Shown here: positions 49,625 through 58,908 of the stretch, piece by piece
How the letters are laid out: every line of letters begins with the position of its first letter
Position numbering within the stretch: the first letter of the stretch is position 1
Assembly (NCBI GenBank): GCA_963735035.1
Contig: CAVTJJ010000003.1
Coordinates: 160,001-224,000 of the forward strand
Reading direction: 5' to 3'
DNA length: 64,000 nucleotides
Source of the DNA: an uncultured candidate division Zixibacteria bacterium
GTDB lineage: Bacteria > Zixibacteria > MSB-5A5 > GN15 > FEB-12
The notes under the pieces: model-generated
Database searches by the model: none
Seen by the model: the letters and a program-made list of their open reading frames with translations, nothing else
Told to the model about the DNA's origin: nothing
Translations under genes and position numbers: made by a program

Positions 49625-50197
49625 TCAGAATTTCCGACTGCCACGCTGAGTGAGCGGCTCACCCTTGGCGCAGAGCGGACACTGGTCGGGCTCCCAACTG
49701 TCGGCGCTGACCGACGCCAGCGGGAAGAAGGGATAATCGAATTTCACCGTGCCCCCGGACCGATCCAGCAGCTCGCCAATCCCTACAATAGTGGCACCAT
49801 ACCCCTTCACCAGTTCGATAACTTCGAACAGCGACTTGCCGGTGGTCAACACATCGTCGACGATTACCACCTTCTGACCCGGTTCGAGCGAGAACCCGCG
49901 CTTGAATACTCGTCCCGTCTCGCCGGATTCGGCGTACAGTGATTCGATACCGAGGTAGCGGGCGACATCGTAGGCAATAATGATCCCGCCGGTGGTCGGC
50001 CCCACCACGGTTTGCGCCCCAAGCAACGCGAGCTTGTCAGCCATTGAACGACAAATCTGAGTCGCCAGAGTGGGATTTTTCAGTAGCGTAAACTTCTCAT
50101 AATAGACATCGGAGTGCCGCCCCGAAGTAAGCTTGAAGTGACCGGTCAGTAGGGCGCCGGAATCCTTGAACAGTTTCAGTATCTCTTGCTGATTCAT
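49625..50197 (-). CDS. pyrE: Orotate phosphoribosyltransferase
   Basis: GHFKLTSGRHS and VVIVDDVLTTGKS; ATGA overlap with acpS. Confidence 0.95.
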   Translation of the reverse strand: MNQQEILKLFKDSGALLTGHFKLTSGRHSDVYYEKFTLLKNPTLATQICRSMADKLALLGAQTVVGPTTGGIIIAYDVARYLGIESLYAESGETGRVFKRGFSLEPGQKVVIVDDVLTTGKSLFEVIELVKGYGATIVGIGELLDRSGGTVKFDYPFFPLASVSADSWEPDQCPLCAKGEPLTQRGSRKF

Positions 50198-50568
50198 TTC
50201 TTCTCCGTGCAAATTGCCAGACCGACCGCGTAGCTCCGTTCATGACTGATGGATATATCGATCCGAACATGCGCGAGCTGTCTCGACAGTGCGTCCGGCA
50301 GTCGGATCTCGGGTCGACCGGTCTGGTCGTTCAGAATTTCGAGTTGGGAATACGACGGTCTGACAGACAGGTATTTGCCCAGCGCCTTGATGATCGCTTC
50401 CTTGGCGGCGAACCGTCCGGCCAGAAACGGAGCGCGGTCATGGCGACGGGCAAATATTTCGCGTTCGCCGGGACCGAGAATTCGCCCTGCCAAACGGGTA
50501 CCATATCGGTCCAGAAGCCTCTGGAACCGGGCCACTTCGGCGATGTCTATGCCTATCGAATCAGCCAT
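50194..50568 (-). CDS. acpS: Holo-ACP synthase
   Basis: IGIDIAEV, LAGRFAAKEA and ISISHE motifs; start MADS after AGAGAGG. Confidence 0.93.
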   Translation of the reverse strand: MADSIGIDIAEVARFQRLLDRYGTRLAGRILGPGEREIFARRHDRAPFLAGRFAAKEAIIKALGKYLSVRPSYSQLEILNDQTGRPEIRLPDALSRQLAHVRIDISISHERSYAVGLAICTEKK

Positions 50569-50644
50569 CGGTGATGTTCTATAACCTCTCTGTCTGAGCA
50601 GAACATAGCCAATCGATAAGATGCGGGCAACGGCCAAAAAAGAG

Positions 50645-50674
50645 TTGTTTCGAGTCTCAACAATCGCGTATAAT
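50645..50674 (+). promoter_or_regulatory. Sigma70-like promoter
   Basis: TTGTTT-N18-TATAAT. Confidence 0.55.
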
Positions 50675-50680
50675 CCCTAT

Positions 50681-50880
50681 AGAATTAGGATTGTTCGGAG
50701 AGAGCTGCCATTTGAAAACTTCTAACAATCCACATATGAAGGTCGTCTCTTCGTCGCCGCGTGTACGCCGAGACCCGACCACGTGGCCGGTAGCGAAAAC
50801 AGAATGCGCGAGGTGGCTGTAAAAACCCTTTACCGTAAGGTATGTGGAGGTTTTTCAAATATGTTGCTCTCTCCTCCAAA
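50681..50880 (+). ncRNA. Putative structured ncRNA, possibly 6S RNA
   Basis: Long-range stems GGAGAGAGC/GCTCTCTCC, ATTTGAAAA/TTTTCAAAT and TCCACATA/TATGTGGA spanning ~180 nt, between a promoter and a terminator. Confidence 0.55.
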
Positions 50881-50883
50881 TTG

Positions 50884-50913
50884 AAAACCACCCTTCGGGG
50901 TGGTTTTTCTTTT
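50884..50913 (+). terminator. Intrinsic terminator
   Basis: AAAACCACCC-TTCG-GGGTGGTTTT-TCTTTT. Confidence 0.88.
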
Positions 50914-51058
50914 GTGGCTGCCATCCGACGGTCGTCAGTTGCTGCCTTTCCCCGCCAGCTTATTCCTTGACCCCGAGTCGGTTTGCAGGTAATCTTGGAC
51001 AACAAATGAGTGCCGCCCGGTCTTGCTGAGGTGGCGGATTAGGTATAGGAGACTTCTT

Positions 51059-52567
51059 ATGACAGCAAATTCCCGATCGTTCTTGATCGGTCTTACGGTT
51101 CTGGCCATCACGCTGGGCGCCCTCTCGTGCTCGAAGACCGAGACGCCCAAGCTGAAATTGCCGACGTTTTACCCGGAAGCGACGCTTACCCAGGCGATGC
51201 AACTTATCGACGAAGGGTATGCGGCGCTGAACGCCTCCAATCTGGCCGGGGCACTCGACAAGTTCGCCAGAGTAGATTCGTTGATTCCCAACGGCTTGGC
51301 CGGAGGCTATCACACCGCGTTTGCTTATGTGGTTACCGGAGACAAGGAAAAGGCGATTGCGGCTCTGACTGCCATGCTCGATAAAGGGTATGATCGCCCT
51401 GCTGAACTGGAAAATAACGCTGACTTTGAGCCGCTCCGTTCGGATCCGCGCTTTGTCAGTTTGATCAGCAAGGCCAAGAAGAACTATGAGACCGCTTCCG
51501 CAGCTTTCGCGTCGGGAATGCCGGAATACGCGAACCCGCCCGATACGTTCAAGACCGAGCAGGATCTGGGAGCCTGGTCTGAGAAGCAGACCCGTTTGAT
51601 TCAATTGTTGGGACGGTTCTGGACCGCCACCGATTATCAGACTGCCCGAGTAGATTTTTATGCCCGCCGTTTGGCTGATGTGCGGGAGTTCAAAAAGACC
51701 GACTCGACCTTTGACTATGGTCTCGAGCGAGTGAGAGCCGTGGTTAGTCTGGGATATCCCTACGAGCCGGGCTGGGGCTACACGACTGACATGATCGTGA
51801 AAGAGGCGGACCGGTTCCTGAAGACGAATCCTGTTCCGGTAAAAGCGGGCGAAGTGAACTATCAGGCCGGGTTTGCGCTCTCTATGAAGTACACCCCTGT
51901 TGACAGTCTTCGGACCGGCGCCTATCAACAGGCGCAGGGGTATCTGACCAGCGTTCCGGCGGGCACGACCTATACCGGCGCAGCCCAGGCCATGCTCCTG
52001 GTGAATCAGTTCCATTCGCCGAACGCCAACGAAGCCGAGCTCGGCGTAAAGCTCAAGGACATTATCGCGCAGTATCCTGCCGACATGAACGTCTGGCGAG
52101 TGGTGGCGACACAATTCTCGAATCAAGCGGCCAAGTACATCTGGCCGATCCCGATCGACAAACCTGATGTCGACGGCAAACCGGTCACCCTGTCTGACTA
52201 CGCGGGCAAGGCCGTGCTGATCGATTTCTGGGCGACCTGGTGTGGCCCGTGCCGTATGGAACTACCCAATCTGGTCGCGGCTTACAACCAGTTTCATGCC
52301 CAGGGATTCGAAGTGGTCTCAATTTCGCTCGATTACGCGAAGGAGGTACCTCTCGATGCCCTTCGCAAGTGGGCCGATTCTTCCGGCATGAGTTGGCGAC
52401 ATGTATACGACGGTAGCGGCTGGGGTACCGAGTTGGTGAGACGGTTCTACGTGGGCAGTATTCCGGCGGGATTCCTGATCGGCAAAGATGGTTCGCTGGT
52501 GGCGATGGGTGATGCCCTGATCGGCCCGAATCTGGCTGTGAGTGTCAAGTCCGCATTGGGGATATAG
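51059..52567 (+). CDS. Lipoprotein with helical/TPR-like region and C-terminal TlpA-family thioredoxin domain
   Basis: Lipobox ALSC and LIDFWATWCGPC; RBS AGGAG; TTGACC-N17-TAATCT upstream. Confidence 0.88.
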   Translation: MTANSRSFLIGLTVLAITLGALSCSKTETPKLKLPTFYPEATLTQAMQLIDEGYAALNASNLAGALDKFARVDSLIPNGLAGGYHTAFAYVVTGDKEKAIAALTAMLDKGYDRPAELENNADFEPLRSDPRFVSLISKAKKNYETASAAFASGMPEYANPPDTFKTEQDLGAWSEKQTRLIQLLGRFWTATDYQTARVDFYARRLADVREFKKTDSTFDYGLERVRAVVSLGYPYEPGWGYTTDMIVKEADRFLKTNPVPVKAGEVNYQAGFALSMKYTPVDSLRTGAYQQAQGYLTSVPAGTTYTGAAQAMLLVNQFHSPNANEAELGVKLKDIIAQYPADMNVWRVVATQFSNQAAKYIWPIPIDKPDVDGKPVTLSDYAGKAVLIDFWATWCGPCRMELPNLVAAYNQFHAQGFEVVSISLDYAKEVPLDALRKWADSSGMSWRHVYDGSGWGTELVRRFYVGSIPAGFLIGKDGSLVAMGDALIGPNLAVSVKSALGI

Positions 52568-52674
52568 GACAAGATCAGTACCCCACCCACTGGGTGAATC
52601 TGTTGCGGCAGGTCCTGCGTCGCCGAAGGCGGCGTGTGACCTGCCGCTTTCTTATTGCAACGGCTCTGGTAGGT

Positions 52675-53050
52675 CGGGTTCAGGAGTCATGAGCTTAGCG
52701 TCGACGACTAACCCGACAATTCGATAGAGTTCTTCTTCTGTATAGTGTTCTTCTTTCTGTCTTGCCCCGTTCTAGCCGGGGCACCCATTTACGTGCCGTC
52801 AGGCGTCTCTGCCTGACGGCCTTGTTTCGTGCGTAGTGGACGTCCCCGTCCACCACGTCTTGTTTGTGGACGCTTGTAGGTCGGGTTTTGAGCGTTGAAC
52901 AATTGGGCGAGAAACCCGACATCCTGGAGTTCTTGTTACACTCACGCGAGAGAGATTAGTGTCGGGTTGCGCGCTCAACAAATCCACGCGCGTAACCCGA
53001 CCTACAAGACTGTTCAGGGAAGTCGACAGATGTGGACATCTGCCGGGCAC
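52675..53050 (+). repeat. ~375-bp REP mosaic, direct-repeat copy 1
   Basis: Near-identical to 55188-55565; contains about 7 palindromes of GTAG and GTGC types. Confidence 0.95.
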
Positions 53051-53073
53051 GTTTACAAGTAGCGGCCGCCAGG

Positions 53074-53275
53074 CCGTCACCCCCGAGTCGTCGGGGGGCT
53101 ATGGGTAATCAAGATCGATAGGCATAGATCGTCACGATTGTGATCTTGCAGTCGCGAGTGGCCATGGATGCCCGACCAAGTCGGGCATGACGGCACTACG
53201 CGACGCAATAGCATTCGCGACTAGTAGGTCGGCGTTCTCGAATCACAAGCGAAGCGGGCGATGAGGAAACCCGAC
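53074..53275. repeat. CGTC-ended composite palindrome and GTAG REP
   Basis: CCGTCACCCCCGA...TCGGGGG ... ATGCCCGAC-CAA-GTCGGGCATGACGG, then GTAGGTCGG...CCGAC at 53224-53275. Confidence 0.6.
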
Positions 53276-53282
53276 ACCGGGC

Positions 53283-55100
53283 CTACAAGCACACCGGAAG
53301 TGTCATACTTCCTGAACCGGTTATGAATAGGTAGTCGATCAGGATAGTAATGTCACCAATCGTAATATCATCACAACCAGGGTACTTTCCACCGGACTGG
53401 TTAATGTCGGCTTCATAGTAGCAGGTTAGCATTTGGCAGTTTCCAGATATGAATAATGCATCGATCTGGACGCTGATATCTCCAATGGTAGGTTCATCGT
53501 CGCCGGAATCGTTAGCATCCCCTACTCGACCCTGGCAACAATCACAGGCGTCTCCAATCCCATCACTGTCAGAATCAAGCTGATCCGGATTAGCCACAAA
53601 AGGGCAATTGTCATTGGGACACAAGTTACCGGGTGTTCCCGGATCACCAAACCCATCGTTATCAGAATCTGCGCAGCCACAACCGACCTCTCCTGCCCCT
53701 ATCAAAGCGGCACAACTGTTGTTCGGCGGTGCGCACGGTGATCCCCAGGAAATAGTGTAGTTGCCAGCCGCTGTATCGCAGAGCATCGGGTCGGCCGAGA
53801 TATTACCATTGACCCCAAGTTGGTCCAGAATTAGCCCTGTCCAATCACCACCGGGATTCCCAAAAATGTCGGTGCAGGTTATGCCAGGTGGAACACCATA
53901 ACACCTAATCGACTCACCACCAGTATTGAACGCAATAACCGAGTGGTTTACTGTCAAGTTTTCACTGCTCTCCAAGTTTGAGCACCATATGGCGCTGGGG
54001 TACGGTGCGGTTTGCACATTGGAGACCAGAGAGCTATTCGAAAAAGTCAATTGGGGGCCACCTCCAATCAACACACAACCGCCTTGATTCTCAGCAAGAG
54101 TGCAGCGAATCATCTGAGCAACAATCCCACTACCATTGAAAGCTAATGCTCCACCGTCAAATGCCTGGTTGTGGCTTATAGAGCAATCCTGAAAGACAAT
54201 GTTGGCATTAGCATTGACCATAACACCACCACCAACATCACCGACCACGTTGCTGTCGATCTGACATCTGGTGCAGGACATGGTCACGAGATAAGGCGAA
54301 TCAAGATACAATCCTCCACCCGCTTGAAATGCAGTATTGTCACTTAATATACAGTCAGTAAGATCAACCGCTGCTGCCCTGGACACTAACAGCCCCCCGC
54401 CCACAGTACACTCGTTATGTGACATAACACACTCAGCGAATGTTCCGTCAGCGTCTTCAATCAGAACTGCTCCTCCTGCAAAGGCAGTGTTCAGACGAAA
54501 CGTTGTACCTGCAAACTTCGGATGGGAACCGTCACAAACATCAACGCCCCCACCATCCCAGTCGACATGATTTTCTTCAAACAGACAGCCGGCGAAGATA
54601 GGATTCGAGCCACTGCAAAAGGCCGCCCCGCCTCGTCTATCGGCGCGATTTGACCTAAAAGTGCAGTTGCGAATCGTAGGTGAAGAAGCATTGACGAATG
54701 AAACAGCACCGCCGACCGACCAAGTGTAATTATAAGAGTCAGTATAATCTGTTGGCCCATACCCTCCTTGAACCGTGAATCCTTCTACAACTGTAGTAGA
54801 ATCCTCTCCGCGCCAGAACTTGAAGCCACGCCTGCGGTCGGTGCTGCTTCCCTGGCAATCTATTATGGTAGCTTCGGGACCATGCTCAGACACCAATAGA
54901 ATAGGCTTGTTTTTGAGATCGATGTCGTAATTGCCCACTCCCGTATAAATACCATCAGCGACCAAGACCGTATCGACGTTATATGCGGCATTAATTCCAG
55001 CTTGTATGGTAGGAGCCGACACCGAAGGCACATGGACGACCCTGGCCTGGCCGACTGACCAGAACAACGACAACCCTATGAGTATCTTCAATCTTGTCAT
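53283..55100 (-). CDS. Right-handed parallel beta-helix protein with TSP3-like repeats and a C-terminal dockerin-like module
   Basis: TIQAGI..DTVLVADGIY, repeated NxAxxGGA turns, DNCPFVANPDQLDSDSDGIGDAC, and CCQGRVGDANDSGDDEPTIGD. The ORF track starts at 55181. Confidence 0.85.
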   Translation of the reverse strand: MTRLKILIGLSLFWSVGQARVVHVPSVSAPTIQAGINAAYNVDTVLVADGIYTGVGNYDIDLKNKPILLVSEHGPEATIIDCQGSSTDRRRGFKFWRGEDSTTVVEGFTVQGGYGPTDYTDSYNYTWSVGGAVSFVNASSPTIRNCTFRSNRADRRGGAAFCSGSNPIFAGCLFEENHVDWDGGGVDVCDGSHPKFAGTTFRLNTAFAGGAVLIEDADGTFAECVMSHNECTVGGGLLVSRAAAVDLTDCILSDNTAFQAGGGLYLDSPYLVTMSCTRCQIDSNVVGDVGGGVMVNANANIVFQDCSISHNQAFDGGALAFNGSGIVAQMIRCTLAENQGGCVLIGGGPQLTFSNSSLVSNVQTAPYPSAIWCSNLESSENLTVNHSVIAFNTGGESIRCYGVPPGITCTDIFGNPGGDWTGLILDQLGVNGNISADPMLCDTAAGNYTISWGSPCAPPNNSCAALIGAGEVGCGCADSDNDGFGDPGTPGNLCPNDNCPFVANPDQLDSDSDGIGDACDCCQGRVGDANDSGDDEPTIGDISVQIDALFISGNCQMLTCYYEADINQSGGKYPGCDDITIGDITILIDYLFITGSGSMTLPVCL

Positions 55101-55187
55101 CTGCAATCCGAGACAGGAACATTGGCGGTGTTGTTGTAATATACCAAGTTCGGCCGTTTTGTCAAAGAATGATCGGGGCACGTGGAG

Positions 55188-55565
55188 CGGGTTCAGGAGT
55201 TATGGGCGAAGCGAACGACGACCGACCCGACAACTCGATAGAGTTCTTCTTCTGTATAGTGTTCTTCTTTCTGTCTTGCCCCGTTCTAGCCGGGGCACCC
55301 ATTTACGTGCCGTCAGGCGTCTCTGCCTGACGGCCTTGTTTCGTGCGTGGTGGACGTCCCCGTCCACCACGTCTTGTTTGTGGACGCTTGTAGGTCGGGT
55401 TTTGAGCGTTGAACAATTGGGCGAGAAACCCGACATCCTGGAGATCTTGTTACACTCACGTTGAGTGAGATTAGTGTCGGGTTGCGCGCTCAACAAATCC
55501 ACGCGCGTAACCCGACCTACAAGACTGTTCAGGGAAGTCGACAGATGTGGACATCTGCCGGGCAC
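55188..55565 (+). repeat. ~375-bp REP mosaic, direct-repeat copy 2
   Basis: Near-identical to 52675-53050. Confidence 0.95.
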
Positions 55566-55573
55566 CTGAATGC

Positions 55574-56257
55574 CTACTTCAGCAGCTCGCGGAGTTCGGA
55601 TTCGTAATCGATTGAATAATCGGGATGCGTGATGCACACGAAGTATATCTCGAGGCCGGTCGAGACTAAGTAGATCGCATTGCGGTCGATTTCATACACA
55701 CCCGGTTCGCGGGTCAGACCCACCCCCGGTATTTCAGCAAAAATTCCAATCAGCTCGCGAAGGTTCTTGAAGATTGGCTTGAACGCTTTCTGGAATTCTT
55801 TCGAGATGGTCGCGTTGAGAAAATTCCCCTCGTTGTCGAGGCGATACACACGGTGTTCACCCGGCAATGATTCCAATCGAGCCACCATCGGCGGGATCGT
55901 CTCGGTTTCGGGATACGGTTTCTCTTCCGACAGTTCGTGACCGTCCAACACAACCGTCGGTTGGTCAGCAATCGGTTCGGTCGGCAACGGTATGCGCTGG
56001 CTGCCCTGCTCGATAATCTCGATCACCTCGGCGTGCTGCCGTCGGATCGTGACCTCCATCAGGTCCTTTTCTTCGAGGCTCGTGACCGGCGCGTCCAGAT
56101 TCCGCTCGATCTTCTGCACCACCTGGCCGGAACGTTGGATCGTAGTGGTGATGCGCGGGGTCGGCCGGTGGGCATACTCCGTCTGTATCTGAAGCTGGGT
56201 AGCGCCATGCTTCACGAGCGAGGTTCGTCCAGCCGGTATGAGGTCTGCCATTGCCAT
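55574..56257 (-). CDS. Hypothetical cytoplasmic protein
   Basis: 227-aa ORF with typical codon usage, downstream of nrdJ. Confidence 0.7.
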   Translation of the reverse strand: MAMADLIPAGRTSLVKHGATQLQIQTEYAHRPTPRITTTIQRSGQVVQKIERNLDAPVTSLEEKDLMEVTIRRQHAEVIEIIEQGSQRIPLPTEPIADQPTVVLDGHELSEEKPYPETETIPPMVARLESLPGEHRVYRLDNEGNFLNATISKEFQKAFKPIFKNLRELIGIFAEIPGVGLTREPGVYEIDRNAIYLVSTGLEIYFVCITHPDYSIDYESELRELLK

Positions 56258-56308
56258 AGTTTAGCCTTGGGGCCTGCAAGCGGTCCCTATCGCCCCATTA
56301 TCGGCAGG

Positions 56309-58600
56309 TTAGCAGTTGGAATAACCGCAGGAACGGCAGTAGTAGCAGCCGGAATCGAACTCCATGGCGGAGGCACAGGACGGGCAGATATCAACCGGCT
56401 TAGCCGCCTTTTCGCCCCGGTCGGTGGCCGATGCTGAGCCGCTATCCGCTTTCCCGGGGCCGAAATGCCGCTCCAGGACCTGGGCGATCGCATCCGGGAT
56501 CGACGACACCTTGCCACCCTCGGTGTAGACCGGGCTGGCGCCGCCGATACCGCGCAACTGGCGTATGACCTGATCGATTGACACTCCCGAGCGAAGCGTC
56601 AGCGAGATCAACCGGCAGATCGCCTCGGTGTCGGCCATGGTCGAGTACCCTGACCGGCCGATGTGCGCGAAAACTTCGAACGGGCGCCCGTCGCGAACAT
56701 TCACCGTGACATACAGGTTGCCATAACCGGTGCGAATCTTTTCGGTAACACCGTATAGCACCTGCGGACGTTTCGCGACCACGCGCGACAGAGCCGTCTC
56801 GCCTTCAATCGGACGAGCGGTTGATTTATCTTCGACCGTCGACAGCACCTGGTCGGGGCGCGAACGATCACGATAGACCGTCACCCCTTTGCAGCCGAGT
56901 CGATAGGCAAATTCGAACGCGCGACGAACCTCATCCGACGTAGCATTCTCCGGCAGGTTGATTGTCTTCGACACCGATGAATCGCAGTACATCTGAAACG
57001 CGGCCTGCATCCGGATGTGATTCTCCGGCGAAACATCGGCCGCCGTCAGGAAGAGCGCGCGCAAAGATTCGGGAATTTCAGTGAGGTCGGAGATCGTTCG
57101 CCGCGACGCCACTTTGGCGATAAGGTCATCGGAATAGAAACCGTTGTCGCGGGCCGCCTTCTCAAACCAGGGATTGACCTCGGTCAGCCGCGTGCCGTCC
57201 ATGACATTGCGCTCGTAAGCCAGCGCATAGTACGGTTCGATCCCCGAGGAACAGCCGGCGATGATCGAAATCGTGCCGGTCGGCGCAATCGTAGTCACCG
57301 TGGCGTTGCGCATCGCGACCCCGTCGCGGGCGTAAATCGAGTTGTCCCAACTCGGAAATCGTCCGCGCGATTTGGCCAGTTCAGACGAGTGCTTGCGGGC
57401 CTCGGACTGCACATACTCCATCACCTGCTCGCCGAGCGAGATAGCTTCGGGGGAATCATACGGCAGCCGCAATCTGATGAGCATGTCGGCCCAACCCATG
57501 ATGCCGAGTCCGATACGGCGATTATTGCGGGTCTGAAATTCAATCTGCGGTATCGGATACCGGTTCTGATCGATGACGTTGTCGAGGAAATGCACGCCCT
57601 TGCGGATGACATCGGCGAGTCGTTCCCAATCGATGCCATCAACCGGTGAGGCCGGCGAGTAGTCGTTCGGCAGCGGGTCGCGAACAAACCGCCCCAGATT
57701 GATCGAACCGAGATTGCATGAGTCGTACGGCGGCAGCGGCTGCTCGCCGCACGGGTTGGTGGCTTCGATTTGTTCTGAAGGATAGGTCGGGTTGAGGCGG
57801 TTCATCCGATCGATGAATACGATCCCCGGCTCACCTGTTTTCCAGGCGTGTTCGACAATCTCGCCGAACACCTGGCGCGCGTCGAGTGTCAACTCCTGGC
57901 CGTCATGCTGGTAAGTCCGCCCAGTGCGCGGATCGATCAGCGGATACTTGTCGCCCGTCTCGACCGCCGCCATGAAAGCGTCGGTCGCCGCGACTGAGAT
58001 ATTGAAATTGGTGATCTCACCCGTGTTGTCTTTGCAGGAGATGAATTCGAGAATATCAGGATGGTCCACCCGCAGAATGCCCATATTGGCGCCGCGACGG
58101 GTTCCCCCCTGCTTGACGGCATCGGTGGAAGCATCGTACACTTTCATGAACGAGACCGGCCCGGAGGCAACGCCTGAAGTCGATGCCACCATAGCGTTGC
58201 GAGGTCTGAGGCGCGAGAACGAAAAACCGGTCCCACCGCCCGATTTGTGAATCAACGCGGCGTGTTTGTTGGTCTCGAAAATACCTTCCATGGAGTCTTC
58301 TACCGGGAGCACAAAACAAGCCGAGAGCTGCCCCATCTCCCGCCCGGCGTTCATGAGCGTCGGCGAGTTGGGAAGGAATTCGAGCGAAGTCATGATGTCG
58401 AAGAAGCCGGAGGCGGTGCGGTCGATCTGGTAATCATCGGCGCCGTAAATGCGGTCGGCCTCGGCGATAAACTTGGCCACGCGGACAAAGAGCTCCCGTT
58501 CGGTCTCGATGACCCGCCCCTGCTGGTCTTTGCGCAGGTAGCGCCGTTGCAGCACAGTGCGGGCGTTATCGGTAAGGGGTATGTCTTTGTTGGTCCACAT
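56309..58600 (-). CDS. nrdJ: Class II (adenosylcobalamin-dependent) ribonucleotide reductase
   Basis: [39 protein letters not shown]-terminal TSCPD-like domain and Cys4 ribbon. The ORF track starts at 58684. Confidence 0.95.
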   Translation of the reverse strand: MWTNKDIPLTDNARTVLQRRYLRKDQQGRVIETERELFVRVAKFIAEADRIYGADDYQIDRTASGFFDIMTSLEFLPNSPTLMNAGREMGQLSACFVLPVEDSMEGIFETNKHAALIHKSGGGTGFSFSRLRPRNAMVASTSGVASGPVSFMKVYDASTDAVKQGGTRRGANMGILRVDHPDILEFISCKDNTGEITNFNISVAATDAFMAAVETGDKYPLIDPRTGRTYQHDGQELTLDARQVFGEIVEHAWKTGEPGIVFIDRMNRLNPTYPSEQIEATNPCGEQPLPPYDSCNLGSINLGRFVRDPLPNDYSPASPVDGIDWERLADVIRKGVHFLDNVIDQNRYPIPQIEFQTRNNRRIGLGIMGWADMLIRLRLPYDSPEAISLGEQVMEYVQSEARKHSSELAKSRGRFPSWDNSIYARDGVAMRNATVTTIAPTGTISIIAGCSSGIEPYYALAYERNVMDGTRLTEVNPWFEKAARDNGFYSDDLIAKVASRRTISDLTEIPESLRALFLTAADVSPENHIRMQAAFQMYCDSSVSKTINLPENATSDEVRRAFEFAYRLGCKGVTVYRDRSRPDQVLSTVEDKSTARPIEGETALSRVVAKRPQVLYGVTEKIRTGYGNLYVTVNVRDGRPFEVFAHIGRSGYSTMADTEAICRLISLTLRSGVSIDQVIRQLRGIGGASPVYTEGGKVSSIPDAIAQVLERHFGPGKADSGSASATDRGEKAAKPVDICPSCASAMEFDSGCYYCRSCGYSNC

Positions 58601-58610
58601 GTCACAATCC

Positions 58611-58766
58611 GTGCGTGGTGGACGTCCTCGTCCGCCACGTAAGTCAGATATTTGTCGAAACCGCCCGAAGCGGGCTGGTTTCAACCTACAAGCCTGAACA
58701 GCGTCTAACCCTCACGGGTTTCGGCCCACGAAAATTTGTCACCCTGAGCCTGTCGAAGGGTGACAG
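58611..58766. repeat. Three different palindromic repeats upstream of nrdJ
   Basis: GTGCGTGGTGGACG..CGTCCGCCACG (58611), GTCGAAACC..GGTTTCAACCTAC (58654-58689) and TGTCACCCTGAGCCTGTCGAAGGGTGACA (58737). Confidence 0.75.
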
Positions 58767-58856
58767 GGCGTTTAGGGCCTTATTCTGAATATATCGGCTC
58801 CGGACGGCGCCGCAATCACATTGACGCACCATACATAAACGGATGCCGCACAAAAG

Positions 58857-58885
58857 AAAAACCCCGCCCTTGCGGGCGGGGTTCT
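58857..58885 (-). terminator. Intrinsic terminator
   Basis: AACCCCGCCC-TTGC-GGGCGGGGTT with an A-tract on the + strand. Confidence 0.85.
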
Positions 58886-58908
58886 TGGGCCCAGTCGAAA
58901 AGGTCTTC

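Noticed and set aside
52695..53080. Short ORFs here and at 55006-55637 that resemble each other
   Set aside because: They are translations of the 375-bp non-coding repeat.
27220..53545. Diversity-generating retroelement TR/VR pairs among the dockerin-like repeats
   Set aside because: No reverse transcriptase, and the copies differ broadly at synonymous positions rather than only at adenines.
58601..58684. 28-aa N-terminal extension of NrdJ
   Set aside because: It is encoded by REP palindromes; similarity to ribonucleotide reductase begins near [14 protein letters not shown].
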